Shown: positions 1-4,089 of the stretch, in pieces | How the letters are laid out: every line of letters begins with the position of its first letter | How positions within the stretch are numbered: position 1 is the first letter of the stretch | From: a virus | Lineage: Duplodnaviria > Heunggongvirae > Uroviricota > Caudoviricetes | DNA: 4,089 nt | Direction: 5' to 3' (one strand) | IMG/VR virus record: IMGVR_UViG_2700989507_000008 | Span: 1-4,089 of that record | Position numbers and translations under genes: made by a program | Notes under the pieces: generated by a model | What the model saw: only the letters and a program-made list of their open reading frames with translations | Databases searched by the model: none | What the model was told of the DNA's origin: nothing

Positions 1-1
1 G

Positions 2-571
2 GGTATCTCAGGGATGGTGAATAACATCACGGAGATGCTGAACGGAAATAAAGTGGAATGGCGCAGCTGGGCCTCATCAGTGCTGCAGGAAATATCAAAA
101 GTTCTTATGAATGCCGCGATTGTCAACGGAATTAAGACGGCGGCAAACGGTATGTCCGGTGCGGGAGGATTTCTCGGCAGCATTGGTGACTGGCTGGGCG
201 GAGCGGTGGCCAATGCAAAAGGCGGCGTGTATACCTCGGCAAACCTGAGTGCGTACAGCAACAGTATTGTGGATACGCCCACGTACTTTGCCTTTGCAAA
301 AGGGGCGGGGCTGATGGGGGAGGCCGGTCCTGAAGCCATTATGCCCCTGACCCGGGCGGCGGATGGCTCGCTGGGTGTGCGAGCGGTGGGCAGTATGAAC
401 GGTAGTGCGGGCCTGGTGTATTCCCCGGTCTACCATATCGCCATTCAGAATGACGGGACTAACGGACAGATAGGGCCGGAGGCGGCAGGCAGTCTTGTGC
501 AGCTGATTGACCAGCGGGTGCAGGCGGTGATGCTGTCCATGCGACGTGACGGAGGAATGCTGAGTGGCTGA
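2..571 (+). CDS. H: Tail length tape measure protein, C-terminal fragment (5' end lies outside the window)
   Basis: Reading frame is open from the window start (no in-frame stop in 2-13) to TGA at 569-571. Gly/Ala/Ser-rich C-terminal sequence. Sits immediately upstream of, and overlaps, a clear gpM homolog, which is where the tape measure gene lies in lambdoid tail clusters. The call is mainly by synteny; I cannot verify sequence identity to lambda gpH from memory. Confidence 0.7.
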   Translation, partial: GISGMVNNITEMLNGNKVEWRSWASSVLQEISKVLMNAAIVNGIKTAANGMSGAGGFLGSIGDWLGGAVANAKGGVYTSANLSAYSNSIVDTPTYFAFAKGAGLMGEAGPEAIMPLTRAADGSLGVRAVGSMNGSAGLVYSPVYHIAIQNDGTNGQIGPEAAGSLVQLIDQRVQAVMLSMRRDGGMLSG

Positions 572-905
572 GATAAAAACGCTGCATCTGGTCCCGCGTG
601 AAGGGATGCAGGTGAGTGAGAAGCCGTCGGTGGTGAGGGTGCGGTTTGGTGACGGTTATGAACAGCGCCGCCCCACAGGGCTGAATCCTCAACTGAAGAC
701 GTTTCAGGCGGTGTTCCGGGTGACGGATGAGGCGACCCGGTGCTGGCTGGAAGAGTTTTTATCGTGGCATGGTGGTTACCGTGCCTTTTTATGGCGACCG
801 CCGAAACATAACCGGATGGTCAGGGTGGTATGCCGTGAGTGGAGCGTCACGGATAACGTCCGGTACAGTGATTTCAGTTGTACGATTGAGCAGGTGGTGA
901 ACTGA
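564..905 (+). CDS. M: Minor tail protein M (tail tip assembly)
   Basis: 113-codon ORF whose translation (KPSVVRVRFGDGYEQRRPTGLNPQLKTF ... EQVVN) matches my recollection of the lambda gpM family. GTG start at 564 with GGAGG (551-555) 8 nt upstream; start overlaps the upstream stop by 8 nt; stop TGA 903-905 overlaps the L start (ATGA). Confidence 0.88.
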   Translation: MAEIKTLHLVPREGMQVSEKPSVVRVRFGDGYEQRRPTGLNPQLKTFQAVFRVTDEATRCWLEEFLSWHGGYRAFLWRPPKHNRMVRVVCREWSVTDNVRYSDFSCTIEQVVN

Positions 906-1603
906 TGCAGGATATTCACGAAGAAAGTCTGAACGAGTCGGTTAAATCAGAGCAGTCACCGCGGGTGGTACTCTGGGAAATCGACCTGACGGTACAGGGT
1001 GGTGAGCGGTATTTTTTCTGTAATGAGCTGAATGAAAAAGGGGAGCCGGTCACCTGGCAGGGGCGTAAGTATGAGGCATACCCGATTGACGGCAGCGGCT
1101 TTGAGATGAACGGCCGGGGCAGCAGTGCCCGCCCGTCGCTGACGGTGTCCAATCTGTTTGGCCTTGTCACCGGGATGGCGGAGGACCTGCAGAGTCTGGT
1201 GGGGGCCACGGTGGTCCGCCGCCGGGTGTATGCCCGTTTTCTGGATGCGGTGAATTTCGTTGCGGGCAATCCGGAGGCGGACCCGGAGCAGGAGCTGAGT
1301 GACCGCTGGGTGGTGGAGCAGATGTCGCAGCTGACAGCCATGACGGCCTCGTTTGTGCTGGCGACACCGACCGAGACGGACGGGGCGCTGTTTCCTGGTC
1401 GCATCATGCTGGCGAACACCTGTATGTGGGATTACCGGGGAGATGAATGCGGGTATAACGGTCCTGCGGTGGCGGATGAGTTCGACAACCCCACCACCGA
1501 TATCCGTAAGGACAGATGCAGCAAGTGCATGCGCGGGTGTGAGATGCGCGGCATGGTGGCTAATTTTGGCGGTTTCCTTTCCATTAATAAACTTTCGCAG
1601 TAA
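905..1603 (+). CDS. L: Minor tail protein L (tail tip assembly; C-terminal Cys cluster)
   Basis: 232-codon ORF; translation (MQDIHEESLNE...VVLWEIDLT...GGERYFFCNE...GEPVTWQGR...FGGFLSINKLSQ) is recognisably gpL-like. AGGTGG (892-897) lies 7 nt upstream of ATG 905. C-terminal cysteines at codons starting 1421, 1448, 1517, 1526, 1538. Stop TAA 1601-1603. Confidence 0.92.
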   Translation: MQDIHEESLNESVKSEQSPRVVLWEIDLTVQGGERYFFCNELNEKGEPVTWQGRKYEAYPIDGSGFEMNGRGSSARPSLTVSNLFGLVTGMAEDLQSLVGATVVRRRVYARFLDAVNFVAGNPEADPEQELSDRWVVEQMSQLTAMTASFVLATPTETDGALFPGRIMLANTCMWDYRGDECGYNGPAVADEFDNPTTDIRKDRCSKCMRGCEMRGMVANFGGFLSINKLSQ

Positions 1604-1613
1604 ATCCCGTTTT

Positions 1614-2357
1614 ATGACACAGACTGAATCAGCGATTCTGGCGCATGCCCGGCGGTGTGCGCCTGCGGAGTCGTGCGGCTTCGTGGTGAGAACGCCGGAG
1701 GGGGAGCGGTATATCCCTTGTGTGAATATCTCTGCAGAGCCGGAGGCGTATTTTCGTATTGCACCGGAAGACTGGCTGCGGGCAGAGATGCAGGGTGAGA
1801 TTGTGGCGCTGGTCCACAGCCACCCCGGTGGTCTGCCCTGGCTGAGCGAGGCCGACCGGCGGCTGCAGATAAAAAGTGCACTGTCCTGGTGGCTGGTCTG
1901 CCGGGGGGAAATTCATAAATTCCGCTGTGTGCCACATCTGACAGGACGGCGCTTTGAGCACGGGGTGACGGACTGTTACACGCTGTTCCGGGATGCATAC
2001 CATCTGGCGGGAATTGATATGCCGGATTTTGAGCGTGAGGATGACTGGTGGCGCAACGGTCAGAACCTGTACCTGGACAATATGGAGGCGACTGGTTTTT
2101 ACAGGATTTCCCTGCCTTCCGCACAGCCTGGCGATATCCTGCTGTGCTGCTTTGGCGCATCGGTGGCCAATCATGCCGCCATATACTGCGGCAACGGTGA
2201 GCTGCTTCACCATCTGCCTGAACAACTGAGTAAACGGGAGAGGTATTTCGAAAAATGGCAACGACGAACGCATTCAGCCTGGCGTCACCGCCACTGGCAC
2301 GTATCTGCCTTCACGGGGATTTACAACGATTTGGCCGCCGCCTCAGCCTGTATGTGA
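1614..2357 (+). CDS. K: Tail assembly protein K; N-terminal JAMM/MPN metalloprotease-like domain plus C-terminal NlpC/P60 cysteine peptidase-like domain
   Basis: ATG at 1614, 10 nt after the L stop; N-terminus MTQTESAILAHARR is gpK-like. JAMM motif H-x-H-x7-S-x2-D is intact (His68/His70 at 1815-1823, Ser78 at 1845-1847, Asp81 at 1854-1856). NlpC/P60-type Cys at 1974-1976 (DCYTLF) and downstream His at 2172-2174 (NHAAIY). The tracked ORF 1353..2357 extends upstream in-frame, but that part overlaps L and is not gpK-like. No obvious Shine-Dalgarno before 1614, so the start is probably translationally coupled to L. Confidence 0.88.
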   Translation: MTQTESAILAHARRCAPAESCGFVVRTPEGERYIPCVNISAEPEAYFRIAPEDWLRAEMQGEIVALVHSHPGGLPWLSEADRRLQIKSALSWWLVCRGEIHKFRCVPHLTGRRFEHGVTDCYTLFRDAYHLAGIDMPDFEREDDWWRNGQNLYLDNMEATGFYRISLPSAQPGDILLCCFGASVANHAAIYCGNGELLHHLPEQLSKRERYFEKWQRRTHSAWRHRHWHVSAFTGIYNDLAAASACM

Positions 2358-2935
2358 ACACGGCAGCGGAAGCCATCCGGGCGCTGTCGTTACAGGTGCC
2401 GGGATTCCGCCGTCAGATGAACGAAGGCTGGTACCAGATACGTATTCGCGGTGAGGACACGGCACCGGAGGCGGTGTACGCCCGTCTTCACGAACAGCTG
2501 GGTGAGGGAACGCTCATCCACATTGTGCCGCGACTGGCCGGGGCCGGAAAGGGCGGACTGCAGATTGTGCTGGGGGCGGCAGCCATCGTGGGGTCGTTCT
2601 TCACGGCCGGGGCATCAATGGCGTTATGGGGTTCAGCCCTGGCAGCCGGTGGTTTTTCTGCCACCACGATGCTGTTTTCACTGGGGGCCAGCATGATACT
2701 GGGTGGTGTGGCTCAGATGCTTGCCCCGAAGGCAAAAACACCGGATTACCGCGCAACGGATAACGGCAGACAGAACACGTATTTTTCCTCGCTGGATAAC
2801 ATGATTGCCCAGGGGAACCCGATGCCGGTGCCTTACGGTGAAATGCTGGTTGGCTCCCGGCGAATCTCCCAGGACATCAGTACCCGTGATGAAGGCGGTG
2901 ACGGGAAGGTGGTGGTTATCGGGCGGCAGGCATAA
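2255..2935 (+). CDS. I: Tail assembly protein I
   Basis: 226-codon ORF; translation (ARICLHGDLQRFGRR ... IHIVPR.AGA ... QIVLGAAAI.GSFFTAG ... NTYFSSLDNM.AQGN ... VVVIGR) is gpI-like. GGGAGAGG at 2236-2243 precedes ATG 2255. The first 103 nt overlap the 3' end of K in a different frame. Stop TAA 2933-2935. Confidence 0.9.
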   Translation: MATTNAFSLASPPLARICLHGDLQRFGRRLSLYVNTAAEAIRALSLQVPGFRRQMNEGWYQIRIRGEDTAPEAVYARLHEQLGEGTLIHIVPRLAGAGKGGLQIVLGAAAIVGSFFTAGASMALWGSALAAGGFSATTMLFSLGASMILGGVAQMLAPKAKTPDYRATDNGRQNTYFSSLDNMIAQGNPMPVPYGEMLVGSRRISQDISTRDEGGDGKVVVIGRQA

Positions 2936-2940
2936 AAGCG

Positions 2941-2978
2941 AAAAAATCCCGCAGTGCTCACGGACAGGAACTGCGGGA
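2941..2978 (-). terminator. Predicted Rho-independent terminator acting on the minus strand
   Basis: Perfect 9-bp inverted repeat TCCCGCAGT (2947-2955) / ACTGCGGGA (2970-2978) with a 14-nt loop. On the plus strand it is preceded by AAAAAA (2941-2946), so the minus-strand RNA would have the GC-rich hairpin followed directly by UUUUUU. There is no U-tract on the plus-strand side, so it is not a plus-strand terminator. Confidence 0.5.
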
Positions 2979-3037
2979 GCGTTACGAAGATTGAGTGTAA
3001 GGAATTATTCTTATGTCACGACAAAAAACATTAACGC
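2941..3037 (-). ncRNA. Hypothetical ~95-nt small RNA antisense to the tail operon, in the I-J spacer
   Basis: Inferred from the candidate promoter (TSS near 3037) and the minus-strand terminator (ends near 2941). The predicted transcript contains no ORF longer than about 6 codons and has a GU-rich 5' part (GCGUUAAUGUUUUUUGUCGUGAC). The 5' end is uncertain and there is no expression evidence. Confidence 0.25.
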
Positions 3038-3043
3038 AGAGAA

Positions 3044-3071
3044 ATTATTAGCGCCACAGTCAGTTTGTGAA
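3044..3071 (-). promoter_or_regulatory. Candidate sigma70 promoter on the minus strand (-35 TTCACA, 16-bp spacer, -10 AATAAT)
   Basis: Read on the minus strand: TTCACA (plus coords 3071-3066), 16-nt spacer, AATAAT (3049-3044); each is a 5/6 match to consensus. Lies in the AT-rich core of the I-J spacer and points towards the minus-strand terminator at 2941-2978. Predicted by eye only. Confidence 0.3.
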
Positions 3072-3108
3072 AATGTGAAGATATTCAGAATTTTTATTCA
3101 GTCATGAT

Positions 3109-3139
3109 ACAGGCATCCTCCGGGATGCCTGTTGTTTTT
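3109..3139 (+). terminator. Predicted Rho-independent terminator acting on the plus strand, immediately upstream of the J ribosome-binding site
   Basis: 10-bp stem ACAGGCATCC (3109-3118) / GGATGCCTGT (3123-3132) with tetraloop TCCG, followed by TGTTTTTG (3133-3140). The reverse complement lacks a U-tract, so it is unidirectional. Confidence 0.55.
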
Positions 3140-3173
3140 GTGCGTAACAGTTATCACAGTAAAGGGTGAGACA

Positions 3174-4089
3174 ATGGGCAAAGGTGGCGGCAAGGCGCAC
3201 ACGCCGGTAGAGGCAAAGGACAATCTTAAGTCCACGCAGATGATGAGCGTGATTGATGCCATTGGTGAAGGGCCGATTGAAGGCCCGGTGAAGGGGCTGC
3301 AGAGTATCCTGGTGAACAAAACCCCGCTGACGGACACGGACGGCAATCCTGTGATACACGGTGTGACCGCGGTCTGGCGCGCCGGGGAGCAGGAGCAGAC
3401 ACCACCGGAAGGCTTTGAGTCCTCCGGAGCGGAAACCGGACTGGGCGTGGAAGTGACGAAGGCAAAGCCGGTAACGCGCACCATTACATCCGCGAACATT
3501 GACCGCCTGCGGGTCACCTTCGGGGTGCAGTCACTGGTGCAGACCACGTCAAAGGGTGACCGAAACCCGACATCCGTCCGACTGCTGATTCAGTTACAGC
3601 GTAACGGTAACTGGGTGACGGAAAAGGATGTCACCATTAACGGCAAGACCACCTCGCAGTTTCTGGCGTCGGTGATTCTGGATAATCTGCCTGAGCGGCC
3701 CTTTAACATCCGGATGGTCCGGGAGACAGCGGACAGCACCTCGGACCAGCTGCAGAATAAGACGCTCTGGTCGTCATACACCGAAATCATCGATGTGAAA
3801 CAGTGCTACCCGAACACGGCGATTGTGGGGCTGCAGGTGGATGCGGAGCAGTTCGGCGGCCAGCAGATGACGGTGAACTACCATATCCGTGGTCGCATCA
3901 TTCAGGTACCGTCAAACTATGACCCGGAAAAACGCACGTACAGCGGTATCTGGGACGGCAGCCTGAAACCGGCATACAGCAACAACCCGGCCTGGTGCCT
4001 GTGGGACATGCTGACTCACCCGCGCTACGGCATGGGAAAACGTCTGGGGGCGGCAGACGTGGACAAATGGGCGCTGTATGCCATTGCGC
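3174..4089 (+). CDS. J: Host specificity / tip attachment protein J, N-terminal fragment (3' end lies outside the window)
   Basis: ATG at 3174 preceded by AAGGGTGAG (3161-3169). Frame is open to the window end and so is absent from the supplied ORF track. My translation begins MGKGGGKAHTPVEAKDNLKSTQMMSVIDAIGEGPIEGPV and continues ...NKTLWSSYTEIIDVKQCYPNTAIVG...AWCLWDMLTHPRYGMGKRLG, recognisably the conserved N-terminal region of lambda-family gpJ. Confidence 0.92.
   Translation, partial: MGKGGGKAHTPVEAKDNLKSTQMMSVIDAIGEGPIEGPVKGLQSILVNKTPLTDTDGNPVIHGVTAVWRAGEQEQTPPEGFESSGAETGLGVEVTKAKPVTRTITSANIDRLRVTFGVQSLVQTTSKGDRNPTSVRLLIQLQRNGNWVTEKDVTINGKTTSQFLASVILDNLPERPFNIRMVRETADSTSDQLQNKTLWSSYTEIIDVKQCYPNTAIVGLQVDAEQFGGQQMTVNYHIRGRIIQVPSNYDPEKRTYSGIWDGSLKPAYSNNPAWCLWDMLTHPRYGMGKRLGAADVDKWALYAIA

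Noticed and set aside
95-436. 113-aa minus-strand ORF antisense to the tape measure fragment, with the similar ORF at 459..692
   Set aside because: Shadow ORFs opposite a coding gene; Arg/His/Cys-rich low-complexity translations and no start context.
916-1419. 167-aa minus-strand ORF and nested 66-aa ORF (1167..1367) antisense to L
   Set aside because: Opposite the strongly supported gpL gene; Ser/Arg/Pro-rich composition typical of antisense frames.
1353-1613. Upstream in-frame extension of the K ORF (334-aa version)
   Set aside because: The extension overlaps L in another frame and its translation (MCWRHRPRRTGRCFLV...) is not gpK-like. gpK similarity and the L stop support the ATG at 1614.
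1629-2273. 214-aa minus-strand ORF (and the overlapping 182-aa ORF at 1612..2160) antisense to K
   Set aside because: Lies entirely opposite a well-supported gpK gene. Translation is low-complexity and Arg/Pro/Gln-rich, typical of shadow ORFs in GC-rich coding DNA. No ribosome-binding site or recognisable domain.
3065-3079. Tandem TGTGA(A) half-sites resembling a CRP or other regulator binding site
   Set aside because: No correctly spaced inverted TCACA partner, so this is not a canonical CRP palindrome. The same bases are better explained as the minus-strand -35 element (TTCACA), although a regulator site cannot be excluded.
1993-3107. Plus-strand alternative-frame ORFs inside K and I (1993..2229, 2451..2696, 2805..3107)
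   Set aside because: Nested in off-frames of well-supported genes with Cys/Arg/Trp-rich translations. The 2805..3107 ORF runs into the spacer only because no stop occurs earlier.
3013-3169. Micro-ORFs in the I-J spacer (12 codons at 3013..3051, 21 codons at 3104..3169)
   Set aside because: Too short, no Shine-Dalgarno, and the second overlaps the terminator hairpin and the J ribosome-binding site. Not credible as genes without conservation evidence.
3098-3547. Minus-strand ORFs of 149, 85, 79 and 66 aa (3098..3547, 3102..3359, 3226..3465, 3590..3790) opposite the J N-terminus
   Set aside because: All lie antisense to the conserved J coding frame and have low-complexity translations. The 149-aa ORF stop falls in the spacer only by chance.
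1-4089. CRISPR arrays, tRNA genes, integrase or transposase, or protein-coding defence and toxin systems
   Set aside because: No direct-repeat and spacer periodicity, no tRNA-like cloverleaf candidates noticed, and all substantial coding capacity is accounted for by the H-M-L-K-I-J tail genes.

Overview
This window is the tail-tip assembly module of a lambda-like (lambdoid) siphovirus or prophage, all on the + strand in lambda order: the 3' end of the tape measure gene (H-like), then M, L, K, I, and the 5' ~305 codons of the host-specificity gene J. Genes are tightly packed with overlapping or near-overlapping junctions (H/M 8-nt overlap, M/L ATGA overlap, L-K 10-nt gap, K/I 103-nt out-of-frame overlap). 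Identification rests on my reading of the translated ORFs (recognisable gpM, gpL, gpK, gpI and gpJ N-terminal sequence, JAMM and NlpC/P60 motifs in K, Cys cluster in L) plus synteny; no database search was run. The one part the tail genes do not explain is a 238-bp AT-rich spacer between I and J (2936-3173). It carries a minus-strand intrinsic terminator at its left edge, a plus-strand intrinsic terminator at its right edge, and a plausible sigma70 promoter on the minus strand. Together these predict a ~95-nt non-coding RNA antisense to the tail operon; this is the best candidate for something undescribed, and it is a prediction, not a demonstrated transcript. All large minus-strand ORFs in the track are judged to be shadow ORFs of the GC-rich tail genes. 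I see no tRNA, CRISPR array, integrase or transposase, and no protein-coding defence or toxin system.
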